Assembly (NCBI RefSeq): GCF_000150275.1
Contig: NW_002060944.1
Coordinates: 1,660,911-1,724,910 of the forward strand
Length of the DNA stretch: 64,000 bases
Direction: 5' to 3'
DNA from: Trichoplax adhaerens
Lineage: Eukaryota; Animalia; Placozoa
Numbering within the stretch: the stretch's first letter is position 1; the number at the start of each line of letters is the position of its first letter. Of the stretch, positions 1 through 15,182 are shown piece by piece. A model generated the notes under the pieces. The model had not been told where the DNA came from and ran no database searches. It was given only the letters and a program-made list of their open reading frames with translations. The position numbers were made by a program, and so were the translations under genes.

Positions 1-367
1 TCCTTAGTTAATTTATAGGCATTAGTCTTTTATAAAAGTAGAAAAGATGTGTATTAGTTAATGTAATTTACACGGTCCATGAAACGGTAGATAACAGGCT
101 ATTCCTACAGCTGAATCCATTTTATTCGTGATTTCATGTTATAATTTTGAATTGAACAAGCGAAGGATTGCTAATTTTTTATGCCTTCTTTTCTGATTTA
201 AAATACTTTGTCAATTTAAGACTCCATATAAAATAATGAATCAATGTATGGAAGTCGATATTAATACTTTACAGTTTTATTTTTCCAGTACTAGTGGCAG
301 CGGAAACTGAGATCACTAAAATGAATCCATTTGATGAAACCATTTTAGCGGCCCCTGGCTGAAGATT

Positions 368-2980
368 CTACCGTATTGTATGACGTCCATTGCTAGATTT
401 ATGAATCTTTAGTATAGCCACCTTGGTAGGTTCATAATAAAATACTGATGCATTGAAGTACTCATGTAATACAGTAGCCTTGGTGTATCGCATATAGGCG
501 TAAATCTAAACAACTACGGTATGTAATGTGAATCTAATTATTCTTCCGCTAGTATACTCAATACATTAGTATTATTCCTAAGACATTGCCTCTAATGGTA
601 GGGTATATTCAGCACAATGAAAAGACAGTAATTTATCCAGCCTAAATGGAACTACGGAATCTAGTACCTTAGTATCCAGCTCACTTATAGCCAAGTTGAT
701 AGTGTTGATTGCGTGAGCTAAATTTTTTTCTAAACTTTGTATTTGATCTTCTATATTTCGATTGTTAGCTTTCCTATGCTCAGAGATATAAATACAAAAT
801 CAAATTTAGTTGTTTAGCGGGATGAGAAAAAGGAGCAATTTTTATCCGTAGTCTGATATAGATAATGCCATAGTATAATACTTTCTCTGCAAGATTTAAA
901 AGTTTTAATATAACAACCTTTCAGTGATTTCAGCTTTGACTATTTCAGTTATTTCCTGATCCGATGCTTCTGCTTCTTTTTCTAATAAGTTTATTGATTC
1001 TAACAACGAAGATATACTAGCTTGTTGTTTACGATACTCGCTCTAAAAACCATTATTCCAAATAATAATTCATAGCGAATTTTGAATATCAATGATTAGT
1101 ATATCACGCCTTTCTTATTCTACGGTATACAATTAAAACATATTATACGTGTATATGATTATAATTTATCTACCTGGTTCAAATCCTTAAAATCGCCTAA
1201 AGCTTTAGTGGTATAAGATTTTAGAGTGTTAAATTTTTTTTCGATTTGAGTAATCAGCATATTTTCAAAGTTATGGATGTCATCTTGTTGGACTTTAAGT
1301 GTCTTAGGTGGACAAAAATATTTTTACAAGATAAGCACATCTACAGTATATTCAAGTATTATGGAATTATAAAGATTCATAAGTTATAGACGGCGATAAG
1401 AAATTATAGTTGCAATTGCTTCTCATCAATCAAAGTGACAGATTAAATACTGTCTGCCCGTTTTTATTCCTTATTGATAACCTCAGCATAGCTTTCAGTG
1501 TTATTTTGAATTTCCTGCCTTAGATTGGATTCCATTTGTAAAATTTTACAGTTTTGTTCATTTGCGAAATTGATCAGCATTTTACTAAATCTTATTCTTT
1601 CTCGCTCTGTAGCATTAAAAATTTCCTGACTGACACTTCCTATAATGGCTCTCAGTCTTTCAATTTGTCCTCCATGCTGGTCAATTTTTGATTGTATTTC
1701 GGAGATCTTGCTGATAAATTTAAGATGGATAATTAGAGTTAAAGCTTATTACATAGCTACTGTAAGATGCTAACTGATATTTTAAAGGGGTAGCATAATT
1801 TTCAGATTAAAGTCTGATTGGCTTGGACTTAATGGGTAGACATATTTCTATATATATACCTGAAGTAAGGCTGTTCTACCTTTTGTAGCATTAATAAGTC
1901 AATATTAAGTCCTTACCTTAAGTCCTTATCAGTTCGAGCAGAAGTCGATAAAGTGTCAATCATCTTCTGAAAACGATCGCATCTAGAGTGAAATTCCTTC
2001 ATAAATATAAAAACTATTTACACTTTCAGAATATTTAATTTAAACTATGGAAACATCTACAGCAGTTGATATATAGTGTTAACAACGTAGCTTCCTATAC
2101 CGTGGGAATACTGTAACACTTGAAACATTACAAATCTAGAGACACAAAAACAGTAGTGATATGAATTAAAGGTTATCACTTAGAAGAGAACTTAAATGCG
2201 TAACAGAAGATGAAAAATATGATTTAATGAGGTTGAGTATCGGTATTTATAACCTGACACACCGCACATTATTACAGAAATAAAATTCAAACAATTGCAC
2301 TTTAATTTCTTTTAAGTTCAGTATATGAAATTTCGATTGTAATTAATTATTCCATCACCTTATTTAAAGTAGAAACTTCATCAAAGAAATGATTCCTATC
2401 TGAAGTTATTTTATTTTTAAGAACATAAAAATTTTCCTCTAGATCGCGTTGATGAGTTTGAACGTCGTGTAATTCTTTACGAAATGAATCTAAATTACGG
2501 CTGAAAGATTCTTTCGTGTATGATGCTTCTTGTTCCATAGTAGCCAGTCTATTTTTGAATGCATTTGGCTCAGCAGCATATTCATATCGTTTCACTTCGT
2601 TCAAAAATATTTGACGGTTTCGCTTTTCATCTAGCAAGTTATATTCGGTATTCTGCAATCTTTTTGTTAACTGCGCAACTTGATCAAGAGTATCTTTCGT
2701 AATCATTTGATAATCATGATTTTTATCCCGTAACTTACCACTAATACTATCAAAGATGGACTTAATATCATTTTGCAATTTTACTAAGCTTTGGTGTAAT
2801 GCTCTAGATACTATGTCTTGATTATTGATTCGAATTTCTAACTGAATTAGATGATTTCTGTTGTCACGAATTAGATCATGTAGGTGATAGTTCACTTCGT
2901 TGCCCCTAGCAGCATGAATTAAACGATCTTGATTGTTATCTTGATTCGTATGTAACAATGCAGGCAGTCTATCTCGCACT
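368..2980 (-). CDS. Multi-exon coiled-coil protein (CCDC154/FAM81-like character); 5' exons unresolved
   Basis: In-frame GT-AG exons at about 2980-2359, 1982-1917, 1711-1482, 1303-1174, 1042-918, 778-669 and a probable last exon 505-368. Heptad-rich E/K/Q/L sequence (QLEIRINNQDIVSRALHQSLVKLQNDIK; KISEIQSKIDQHGGQIERLR; EITEIVKAEITER). Family assignment is from recall and weak. Confidence 0.6.
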
Positions 2981-5615
2981 CTACAAATAAATGTAAATAT
3001 ATTATCTCTGAAAGTGGTAATATTCAGGAGGAAATTAACTTATCTGCAATCATAAGTTAAATACAATATTTACGAGTATAATTTGCTAAATATTAGTCTA
3101 CAGTACCGTTACAGTAGCAAAGATTAATAGAAAGAGCAATGATTTCGTATGTGTGTCTATCCTAGATTGGATTACAGTTATCTAATTAAGTTGCTTAGAC
3201 AAGATTGTTGAACAAAACACATATTTTCAACACCTGGATTAGAATCACATTACAGTATATTAAGGCCCATAGCTATACTACCATTACAATATTCGAAATA
3301 ATAGCGTGTATAAATACACTATCGTATAGGACTACTAATATTAGTATTACTACGTTAATATATACTTTATACTTAATGTTGTGATGACGATATTTGAGGT
3401 AAAGAAAACGCTAGCTTATGAGTCAAAACGAGAAAATCATATAGATTAAAGCTGGTACAGTTCGTTTCGTTTGGTCTTTTTCTATAGAAGTAACTAAACC
3501 AATACTTCTAGGGCAGCTATCAAGTTTATATTAAAATAAGTAGTACTATCAAAATACTAACAGTACAACTAAATTGCGTTTAAAATATCAAGTGTACGGT
3601 TAGAGTTATATATACATTCATCGTTATGATGGTGAACTTTCTAAGATTCAACTTATTTCTAATTGTATATAGTTTTCCTGTTTCGATAAGTCTTTCGGCC
3701 TACAATTCCAGATTTATATTACCAAATTTATAGGATTTTATTTTAAGACTACAACAACAAAAAACTTCGAGATTAATTTTTATGCCTTTCTAGATCTACT
3801 TACGTTATATTATTCCACATATCGCCTAGTATTAGCGTGATGTAGAAAGGATTAAGAAATTAAACTTTGCTGGTATAAATTAAAATGCTTTAAGAACCAA
3901 TATCAAGCGGATTCCGACTATAAAATATTAATCGGTCATTCATTATTAATTATTGGTACGTTTATGCATTCTTTTCCCATGTGAGGATAATGTCATTTGT
4001 ACAGTATATCACGATATGAATATTTTCCCTCACTTTTATAATTCAATGAGCTTCTAGTGTATGCATGTAAACCATGCTAGAAACAAGATGGAGGAACAGA
4101 AGCTTTACTGTAAACTGTAATATGAGCGATTGACAGAACATTGGAAGGAACTATACAAAAAGTTTACAATTGCTAACTTTATTTTAGCTAATACAGGGTT
4201 CGTAATATAGCTGGCGTTACTTCTGTAATAGCTATCGCATTTCTCTTCATGACCGGTCCATTTAACCTTCGTGGAGTCCACAATAAATCCAAACTAACTA
4301 TATTTAGTAAAACGAATTAAACTTCATTAAAATAAAATCCTAAACCCTAAACTGCCATAGTATCTGTAACTAAATTGGAATGAAAGTATTTTACCAGCGC
4401 TCAGACAAGTAATTACATCCATCAAACTACGTAAGTACTTCTTTCTAATGTAGTAGATATTAGTAATTTCGATGCTAAATAGGAATTAACCTTCACGCTA
4501 AACTTACAGTACTACAATCGCCAACATTTTGTAAATGTCACTTTAAAATTTTATTCATTCCTTTATTACCTGTAACGAACTACTGATGAAAAATTAGAAC
4601 ATTTAAATCTATCATTAGTTAACTATATGTATGCTTCGATATATCATATTAATATTCAAAGAACGGGATGATGATGGAAAAAAATTTATCGAACGGATCC
4701 TTATCATGATACAGAACCTCATAATGTAATGTACTGTACTTTTGTATCCTAATTACTGTAGCTACCTACATTTACAGGATTATAATTTGTATCTAGCAAT
4801 TATAACAATTTTCAGTTAATGTTTGTATGACCGTGGAAAATTGAAATTGTACGTTATTTACGTGAACGATTGAGTAATACAGTAATTAATACGCACTATT
4901 AATTATACGAAAATGTATTCCTTTGTCAGTATTACATTGACAATTCTAATGTACTATTCTGTTTTGCCGGTCGCCATATCGGTAATCGCGACTTTACATA
5001 AATACGCGTAAATTAAGTCAATATTATTAAATGTTGGTAATCTACGATACTTTAATACTGCTGCTGTTCCACTCGCTACAATGTATAAAATTTCCTGGCT
5101 CCCATTCCGTCAGTATAGCTTGTAAACGGTTGCTACTCTTAACAGTATCACAAACTATTGAGGCCTGCTAACTGGTTTAAAGTAAACAGAATAGGAAATA
5201 TTAATGAATGATACCCATTGTATTATAATTTATATTTATATAATATTATTCATTACCTAAACCCGTACGCATAAAATCATTATGGAAATTTCACCTAATT
5301 GAATTTAATATTAATCCGCGGTAGCAACAACATGGCAGTTGATCGTTATATAGTTTATTCCGAATGTCTAGTTACAGTGATTGTACTTGCGTACCTTAAT
5401 ATAACTATGACTGGTCTCACTCAAAGAATTGTTTTCATCCCAAAACGCAATGAAAGCCACATGATACATTGTATAGTAAAGTAAAGCTTATTGAAAGTTA
5501 TATATCAAATACTACATGTACTCGTACATATGAATTTCACCGCTTTTAACAGTCAACAAAACAAAACTTTCAGTTCAAATACTAGTTTGTTTTTTTAAGG
5601 GAATTTAAACCACTT

Positions 5616-5762
5616 TACTGTACTGTACAGTATTAATTAATTAATTCAGTGATAAATGTACAGTACTGTACAGTACAGTACAGTACAGTGTACAGTATGT
5701 ATTTTACAGTATAATGTACTGTACTCAGTGAGTGTACTGTACTGTACTGTACTGTACTGTAT
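5616..5762. repeat. TACAG/CTGTA pentamer array upstream of NUDT1
   Basis: gtacagtactgtacagtacagtacagtacagtgtacagt and gtactgtactgtactgtactgtactgta within about 230 bp of the ATG. Confidence 0.85.
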
Positions 5763-5842
5763 CATGGACTACGAGGTTCTTTTAATGCTAGACACCGACG
5801 TCCACATGCACAATTGCACATTGCAAAGGATGCAGCTTAAAA

Positions 5843-7302
5843 ATGTCTTTGGACAGTAAAATACAACCAGGAACTAACGCTAATGGTAAAAGGATTAAAC
5901 TGCTGACTTTAGCTTTCCTTTTCTCAGAGGGCCGCGATCAAATCTTACTAGGTATTCAAGCGACACGAACGCAAATATTGTAGCCTATTTACTACGTACT
6001 GAGTATATTGGCAACATAGCCGTTTTATTGAATTTCAATTTCATTCTCACTTTGCAAGAACTCGTACGTAGCTGTTTCATTAATATTTCAGGAAAGAAAA
6101 AGAGGGGTTTTGGAGAAGGCTGGTGGAATGGCTTTGGTGGAAAGGTAGTAGACGGTGAAACAATTGTAGAGGGCGCTAAAAGGTACATTTAAACAGTAGT
6201 TGTAATTAAGCCAAATTAATGGTGTTTCTTTCAAGGACTGCAACATCTTAATCATTAAATGGATACGAGTACTGCATACAGTATTAATTGCAATCATAAC
6301 CCACTAATAAAATTAACTAAAAATCGATCTAGCTTTTTAATGATATTATTTGCGCAGCACCTATGTGACTTATTAGACGTATGCGTACAGTACATCTACA
6401 ACTATTTACTTTGTAAAGTAAAGTTCGCTTGATATATAGTATAATATATGTAATAAAAATGCGTACGTTCTGAAAATCCACAGTCAACTTACAATCATCT
6501 TTTCAGGGAAGTACTAGAAGAATGTTCATTAAATGCTAGCAGTTTAGCGAAGAGAGGAATAATAGATTTTGAATTTGTTAATGATCCTGTCATTTTACAA
6601 GTTCACATCTTTGAAATTATCAAGTTCAGTGGACAACCGCTTGAATCGGAAGGTTAGAATTAGCAATTATTGCTCACCATCATCAGACCGCATATACTCG
6701 TATATCAGAGCTGACTTTTGCAATATTAATTCATCATATCATATAAATTACTTACTACTACTTTTGCAATCTTTAATATACAGCTGTAAATTAATGTACT
6801 TTTTAATCTTGATAATTATCACTGATTAAATCTATTGCATTAATATTTCAAAATATATGAATTACATGAAATTTAAGATGATACATTTAGATACATAATA
6901 TAATTGGTAGTGCTTCAGCACTATTTTAATATTAAGACAAATCTTACTATGGTGCATGATGCTGATGCTATCTTGCAGAGTTTGAAAGATAGTCCTCTTG
7001 TTGTATATGAATTGTTACGATGTAACTCGTTGACATTGGTAATGAATTAATGTAAATACTGTATACCTTTGCCTTTGTTAACGTGATTAAACCTATTTCT
7101 TTGTGAAGAAATGTTACCGAAATGGTTTAATGTCAATCAGATCCCCTTTGATAACATGTGGCCGGACGATAAGATGTGGTTTCCTTACTTGATTGAAAAG
7201 AAGTATTTTGAAGGTTATATACTCTTTGAAGGTCATACAAAGGTTCTTGATTGCAAGTTGGTATTAAAACATGATGGACAGGATGATAACAGCGCGGAAT
7301 AA
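5843..7302 (+). CDS. NUDT1: 8-oxo-dGTPase MTH1 (Nudix hydrolase 1)
   Basis: Exons 5843-5951, 6092-6182, 6507-6652, 7109-7302 splice in frame to ...[48 protein letters not shown]...[29 protein letters not shown]; Nudix box plus the MTH1-specific KKRGFG..WNGFGGK and MWPDD motifs. Confidence 0.95.
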
Positions 7303-8302
7303 TAATTCTTTTTATTTATTACAGCTTACGTTAACCTTGAATAAGGGTTTTACAAGTTCTAAATATTTGATCGTTCATACTGGAGCATTTTAATATCATA
7401 TTGCACAGAGCTTCCAATTCTAATACTGAACACCTACGTTTGACGTATGGTCATTTAATTGTACAGTAGTACACCATAATAAATGTAATGGTGCATAGCT
7501 ATACTAGCACAATTCAAAATATTTCATATATTTCTGTCTGGTATTCAGTATTATTTCCTGTGTATAGTTATTCATTTTGGTAAGTAACATTTTTAAGTGA
7601 AGATCAACGATTAATTTTACAAGTATTCTCCATAGAGATTGTTACATGCTGTTCCATCTCCTGCTAGTACAGTATATTATCAGATTTACGTATAGCCGAA
7701 AATTTCAATTGTATTTTAATTATTTTACAGCCTAGCATTTATAGTAAAATGACCATTATTTCAACATATGCTATATGCAACATTTACTGCTTTTCAACGC
7801 TAAATGACTGGAGTAGATGTTTGAAGTTCTATCATTTTTAGGTAGTACACACGCACCATTATAATCATTAATCTTAGTAAGATTAAGAAAGCGATAATCA
7901 TTGTATCAATATATGTATGATATATTTCTTTACATCATATAATTATAATCATTCCTAAAACGAGCTTTAATTTGAGCGTTGTAGTGCGATATTACGGTAC
8001 AGTAATAGATGTCAGTTCACGAAATATCACATAAATTCATCAATATAATGTCGCTGCTAAAATCTGAAGATGTTAAAATTAGTTATGATACTGTAATCGC
8101 TGCGCTTTACGGTACTCGTACGACACTCACCAAACTCATGAACTACAGTAGCTCAGCTAACAGACTATTGGCAACCACGACACTGCCCCGCCCACATCGT
8201 GAACTAGACAAAGTTGATATAGCTGACCGATTACTCTTATTTTACGTGCCTTTTAAATGGAAACGATCGGTTGTTTGGGTTAGTTAGCTATTTGTATCCG
8301 CA

Positions 8303-8692
8303 TACTGTACTGTTTCGTCACCGTTTCCGTTTCATATTTACATTAAGTTCAGAAATTTTCTGATATCAGTACTACTGTACTCTGTCTGTAGGCGTTCCGT
8401 TTATGGTATACAGTACAGTACTTTACGTACTGTACACTATAGCTGCTAAAATTTTTAGCACCATGAATCATGGCATATACGCGTATGCATATGAAAAGAA
8501 TCCATAAAGGATGGTAACACCATACTGTACAGTGTACAGTACATACATGTATGTAGGGAACGTGTGGAGTTAGATTTTGAAACTTCACTTCTCATGAACG
8601 TTAAGTGTTGTGGACTTCAAGTGAACTTCAAGTGGAGTTCGCTAAGTGTACACTGTACAGTATACTGTAGACCACTATTCAAGGGGCGTGGC
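8303..8692. promoter_or_regulatory. TACAG/CTGTA-rich upstream region of ABTB1 with GC-box (GGGGCGTGGC)
   Basis: Clusters of tactgtacagtgtacagtac; Sp/KLF-type GGGGCGTGGC at about 8683-8692, roughly 300 bp before the ABTB1 ATG. Confidence 0.5.
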
Positions 8693-8989
8693 GAGCCCTG
8701 TAAAATGGTTGAAAGATACTGTATTCATCTACAGTACTCTCCTGGGTTACTCCAGGATTTATATCAGCTCGAACCGGTAATTTTCTAGTAATGTAAAAGG
8801 AAAGCGTGCGCGACATTGCACCTCCAAGGCTCCAAGACAGTAACAACAAACGCAAAGAAGATTGCAGTGAGTAGTAAATTGATTATTCAACAAGATTAAA
8901 TTATATTTTTACTCATATTCTCGCTACAGTAGATAATACGCAAACCCTTAGGACAAAATTTTTTCCATTCTTAATTGAACCGTAACTAA

Positions 8990-11900
8990 ATGGCCACTAA
9001 AAATGTACAGCATACTGTACCTACGTATAAAACATTGAATCAAGACCAAGAAGCTCTTTTTCGAAGCTGTCGAACTGGCGATATAAGCAAGATCCAGTAA
9101 TGATTAACAATTAAATTAACGATTAACTGTAAATTAGAAACTTCATTACATTACGTTTTAAAGTAACACAGTATTTATTTATAACTTTATACTTAGCTAG
9201 AGTGATAATTATGCAACGTTATCGTGTGTGGGTAATCTCTTTTACGCAATGCCATGCTATACAGTATACTGTAGTATCGCATATATTATATATATACATA
9301 CGTATAATTAAATTAATTATATACTTATTTGCCAACTGGCAACATACGCACAGCAATTTACTGTGCTGGGCTGTTGTTTAATTACTATTCTTTTACGTTC
9401 GTGAAATACAGTAATTTAGCAGCTCTTTTAGGTCTAGTATATCAGGTAAATATTGTAACTTTTTCAAATTCTTTCATGACATTATTTAAAATTAGGTATT
9501 TATTCGAATATTGTGATATTGAAGTTAACTTAAGAGATGCATGGGACGCTACACCTCTGTAAGTAACGTAGGACTACAGTCCGTAATTAGCACATGTTTT
9601 AATTAATGCTGCTGGTGCTGTTGATCTACGTTACAATTGAATTTAGAGAAATTTAATAATTTGCCATTGTATAGTTTCATATTTACTGGTACTATCTTAA
9701 AATACTGTACAGTACCTTGAGCACAGTAGCTATACTTGTTATGGGGTTGCAGTACTAGCGTTCACGGTTAATTTCAGATAGGAACAGTGCGTATTTAGAA
9801 ATATTCACAGTTACTTACGCCAGGCCAAGGGCCACTAGAAGAAGGCCTTCTTCTTCTTATAGTAATTTTTGGCCAGGCTAATTCTCATTCAGACATGACG
9901 ATTTTACTTAGCGTTCGACATCTGAACTATATTGATTGATACTGTACTGTTAGATAGGTTTACGTCAGTGGATGTGCTGCAGTTATAACATGCAAGTATA
10001 TAATTGAAATGCAATTAACTTATGCAACACTTACCAAAATATGATTTATGTTTTAAATAGATACTATGCCTGTTTATGTGGTCACAAGGAAATAGTACAA
10101 ATATTGCTAGCAAACGGTAAATTTTAAATCTTTATCATAAAATCATTGAAGATAAGATAAATATATTTTGCTAGTATACAGTATATTGATTACTCACAGT
10201 AGCAACACTTTCTCAGAAGCAGGCGAAACTAAAGGGATTACGTTTAAATAGATTACTTTTTTATGGCATACTGTATGTACCCTGCAGAAACTTTGATTAA
10301 TGAGCTGATATTGTTAGCAACTGTTTCCTAGTTTATAAACTATACGCGAATTATGATCAATGTGTTCATCAATAAGAATTATTTAGATCCCCAGAAAGTT
10401 GATCCGTTGCTAAAGTATCTAATTTACTTAAAGGTATATCATTACTTTTTTACTGCTCTAAGAGTTCTTTTGATATTAGGAGCAAAGTGTAACGCCACCA
10501 CTTTTGATGGAGAACGCTGCCTTTACGCTGCGCTCTACGATGAAATCCGTAATCTTCTTCGTTCACGTCGCGCTATCACTAGCCATACAATGAGAAGAGA
10601 TGCTTACCATGAATTTCTTAGAAGGTACTGTATCCTTAACAATGTCTTTAATGCTTACATATCTAATGTCAATCTAAAATCTACTACTCATTGTCTAAAA
10701 GTTAACGCTGCAGGTGCTATGAGGAGGCACCGCATGCTGATTTTAAATTTAGGTTGCAAGATCGATTCATTGCCGTTCATAGATGTATATTAACAAACAG
10801 ATGCAGATACTTCTNNNNNNNNNNNNNNNNNNNNNNNNNNNNNNNNNNNNNNNNNNNNNNNNNNNNNNNNNNNNNNNNNNNNNNNNNNNNNNNNNNNNNN
10901 NNNNNNNNNNNNNNNNNNNNNNNNNNNNNNNNNNNNNNNNNNNNNNNNNNNNNNNNNNNNNNNNNNNNNNNNNNNNNNNNNNNNNNNNNNNTAAGTCAAT
11001 GAACATTTAACAATGTTACTCTAAAAAGTCCAAAGCTTGAAGTAAATTTTTCTCACATGGAAAGGTTACGTTGATGTTCTATTGGAAGAAGCGAGCAGTT
11101 TCTCTGAGCTAGCAAAGCAGTGTGGCCTCCAGGAATTAAGAAATCGTCTTATATCTGAATCGCAGCTTGCAATTAAATTCTGTAAGATTGGTAGCAATTA
11201 TACAATATTTACGGCAAGAAAAAGAAAGCCTTGATCTTAAATTACCATATCAATTTCTCCGATCTTGTACTCGTATATAGCGTTATCAAAGTCTCATTCT
11301 CAAGTTAATATGATAACGATAATGGAAGATGAGGGCCAAATTAGCGTACAGAACCACATGAAAATTCTTGTCAACAGACTTTTACCAAAAGAATTTAGAT
11401 CAGATCTTGTAATTTATATTCTCGCTAAAAGGGCAATTTTATACCTGTTTATTTTAAGGCTGTAAGAGTTAATATGTCTCCATGGTGCATATTATTATAA
11501 CAGGCTCTAGACTGGCTGTCGCCGAGTCATCATTTCAATGATATAAAGGATGAGCTATTTGATAACTTCGAACCATTAAACTCCATACTGCGTCCTGATC
11601 TAATATTCTGTGTTGGAGGTTATAAATTTTATGGGCATAAGGTAATTTAAAGAATTTTGTTAGTTTTAGACCATATGATCTACGAAAATTAATATTCTTT
11701 CAATTAATCGCGGATGGTTATATTATGAATTTTTTATCACTCAGGTGTTCTTTTGTGAACGTAGTGACTACTTTAAAGCCCTACTGCTAGGCAATTTTGC
11801 CGAATCAATTGTGAGCAATTGCTCTGAAGAAATTCCAGTCATTAACCTGAATGATTGCACACCTGATATTTTTAGTATTGTGATGGTATTCATCTATGCC

Positions 11901-12596
11901 GGCGATGTAAAGGTCAGTCGCCTGATTTAATTTGTTTTACTTTAACCAAGCGAATACAAACACTGCTGGTGAAGAGTACATAATGCAAGCCAATGTCACT
12001 AAAGTTTTCTACTTTTCAGATTCCATGTGACCTTACACAGGAAATATTATATGCTGCTGATAAATATCTTATTCCCGGATTAAAGAGGCATTGTTGTAAG
12101 GTGATAATTCAAAACTTACAAACGGACAACGTAATACAGTTATTAGAAACTGCCAGGTTATTGACTATGCCTAAACTGGAGCTGGAGTGTACACGGTTTA
12201 TTTCCAAACACCTACTTGAGGTCATTAGCAATTCCTTTATAAACATTACTTTATTGAACATTGTTTGATAGTCTTGAACGGAAATTGCGTCTATCCCGAT
12301 CACTTGCTGAACTACATACTAGAATAACTTTGCAAATTCTAATTATTACTTCATGACCGGATGTTGATTTTCTTTTTCCTTAGATGGTCGAACGCGATGA
12401 TTTTGCGAAAATAATCATCGATGATGCGACAAGTATAATTCAACGACAAGAAACAGATTCTATTCCCATAATCGATGAAGTCAGATATCATCTTGGAGAG
12501 GAAAGTCTACAGCAATCTTCCGAAAAATATAATGAGATTCTCTTGAAAAATAATGCCCTAGATAAGCTCTTGATGAATCTAAATATCGAATGTTAA
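8990..12596 (+). CDS. ABTB1: Ankyrin repeat and BTB/POZ domain protein 1 (BPOZ)
   Basis: Exons 8990-9096, 9496-9558, 10061-10116, 10480-10624, 10714-gap, then several more to the stop at 12596. LFRSCRTGD..YLFEYCDIEVNLRDAWDATPLYYACLCGH..GAKCNATTFDGERCLYAAL..RRDAY; BTB motifs HRCILTNRCRYF and HKVFFCERSDYFKALL; C-terminal RQETDSIPIIDEVRYH. Confidence 0.95.
10815..10991. other. Assembly gap (N run) inside ABTB1
   Basis: Run of n bases interrupting the exon for the first BTB domain. Confidence 1.
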
Positions 12597-13251
12597 ATAT
12601 CGTCCTTGTATTATAAAAAAATGCAAGAGCACAATATCAGTACAAATTATCTTCAAACACTAATAAAGTTTCATTCAATTCGAATGAGGATCTTTAATAG
12701 ATTAACAATGAAACTCGTCAAATGTTAGAATGTACAGAGGTAATGATGATAGCAAAATGTTAGTACAGTTAGTCCTTTCACTCCTTTGAAACAACTTATA
12801 AAAGGCCATATTCGAATAAAGCGCCATAAAAGTAACCATAATATGTTTTTACTATTATTGCTATTGAACCGTTAGAAGTTCAATTGAGAAGCTAAACCGT
12901 TTGATATCAAAGTAGGACTTTAAAAATTGATACAAGGAATCAGAAAGAGTTTCCAGTCATTCATATCAGCCTTTCAAACGGGAAACAACTGTCAGAATAT
13001 GTAGATTGGTAGCCATTACGGTTAAATCCTGTAGGATCAGAATGTCTACTAAATGGTGTGTTAAGAGCCCATGAATAGAAACAATTACCTTATACCTCAA
13101 TGTTGTATATACCCTATGATCAAAATTAATTCTGATGTCATTATGACACAAAAACGAGTACATTATTTGCAAATACTGTATAGCAATCAATAACGAATTT
13201 ACAAGAAATATTTGCGCATCAGTTCACCATGATAGCGCGCGGTCAAAAGAT

Positions 13252-14962
13252 TTAGAAAATATTATTATTTATAATCTTTCTCAAGGCCTCCATTTCCGAT
13301 AGTTTAAAATTATTGCCACCATTTTCCTTGAGCTTTCGTCGGTATTCGACATAATGATTATAAACAGTATCAACAGACTGCATTAGCAGTTGTGAACTAT
13401 GCAGTTTCATGAAATGACCCGGAGAGGGTCTACCATTGTTAAGGCCTCTCTCCCACAGCATTGCCCTTAAATCTACGTCCATCTACAAATTTCGCATGAA
13501 GAGAAAAGTTTAGGATTACATTATATGTTATTCATACAGAAAATACCACATAAACGTAATGAAATATAATATTAACATAGCTAACCTGTACACTTGACTT
13601 AATTGCATTTGTACAAACAGTTGGTTTATCGAATACTTTCGGAGATGATATGGCACTTTGAACATTGGAAAAGACATTAGTAGCGTACACGGCTGATGAG
13701 GTCTTTACCGATGACTGAAAAAATGTTTCAGTGACAGGTATACACTTATCCCTTGTAACATCAATTCTAGCAAATTTACTGCTGTCTTCGAAATGCAATC
13801 CCCAAGCATCTACTACCAAGCTACCACCTAGAGTTCTATTTCCGTTATAAGATGAGTTTTCTACAAAATTTGGAAAGAAAAAATCAGTAATCCACATTAT
13901 GCAGTTCAGAGATCGATCAAAAATTGGATAAACATCTAATCTAGAATTTTACGCATGTGCATGATATGGTAACAACTAGAAATTGCAAAGCGTCAAAAAT
14001 TTTTCCCCAACTATAATTCATCGTTTACTACTATTTGTATCCGTCATATACTATACGTGTATATCATCCGTAGCATGTGCAATCAGATAGATATCATTAG
14101 TATTATTTAAGCACACATTATTTTGTTGTGCAGTATCAATTTTATTCTGATATACTCGTATTTTAGACACAATTTACTGTATCCAGCGATTAAAACTTTT
14201 AAGTAGTCTTAGCCGTAGCTAAAAACTTACTTGGAACGCAGAAATCAGCAAATTTTCCTTTCAAAACGCTCATAGTACAATTGGTACCATATATATAATA
14301 GCTTATATTCTGAAATCAGTAATAAATTCCTAGTATTTTAGTATAACACCACAATTCAACATTATATTGTACGTGTTCTAACGTACTGTAGATTGCATAA
14401 CTGAAAAATTTGCGTACAGTATCCAAGCGTTATTAAGTTAATACAAGTAGTAGCAAAGAGCAACTAATTTATCTCGTAATTTTATTATTACGTAATTATA
14501 TAATACGTGATTAGCTCCTGCAGTTTTAATCTGTCACTAACGTAAGGAAGGCATACTGATAGATTGCTAAACTCACATTAACTACCAGTAAAATACGTGT
14601 CGTACATCAAAATTCAGTATACTTATTATTTTACACATAGTAATACGAGAATAATGGGATACAAAATCATTATACTGTACTCGTACCTTCCCCAAATCAT
14701 GTATCGTCGTTATGTTGACAGGATTCAAACTGTTTTCTTCATCGATCCTAACTCTCTTATTAATGGAGTCGTAATAAACAGATATCTTACCAGTCAAAAG
14801 ACTAACACCCAATCCCTTTTTTTGAGAAATGGAACTACCATCTTGTATTACAGTAGCCTGCCACTGCTTCGGTGTGCAGCAGGCATTTGGATTTGAGGCA
14901 TAACAAACCATACAGCAGCTTATAATCTGCAACGTCACCAAAACATGTAAACTAGTCGCCAT
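13252..14962 (-). CDS. Ependymin-related secreted protein E1
   Basis: Exons 14962-14687, 14309-14231, 13860-13586, 13482-13252. Signal peptide; CCTPKQWQ, YYDSINKRVR, C..FCVP, TLGG, CIPVTE, VFDKPTVC; 76-aa tail in exon 4. Confidence 0.88.
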
Positions 14963-15182
14963 ATTTTCAATACGTTTTCGACTTTTATGCTGTACTACAC
15001 TTTCTCCGTGATCGAATATGTAGTACTGTACCATACAGCAGGATCGACTTTACTCAGTTACCTCTAAACACGTAAACACTACTCTTTGGGCAGAGCAAAG
15101 TGCAGGTCACATGAGTTGGGAATGACGCTCTACTCATCGGTCATTACTGTAAAGCAGTACTTTTTACCGTGATCATGGACGA

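Noticed and set aside
5656-5859. ORFs rich in YSTVQ/YCTVL (also 8349-8588, 59960-60261, 60435-60623, 61477-61668)
   Set aside because: Translations of the TACAG/CTGTA simple repeat, not proteins.
8523-8662. 16-bp inverted repeats suggesting a MITE
   Set aside because: The arms consist of the self-complementary TACAG/CTGTA repeat; no clear target-site duplication.
10754-11010. Poly-X ORFs
   Set aside because: Artefacts of the N gap; only the QDRFIAVHRC frame belongs to ABTB1.
13690-13740. Hammerhead-like CTGATGAG..GAAA
   Set aside because: Antisense to an E1 coding exon; stems I and III cannot form.
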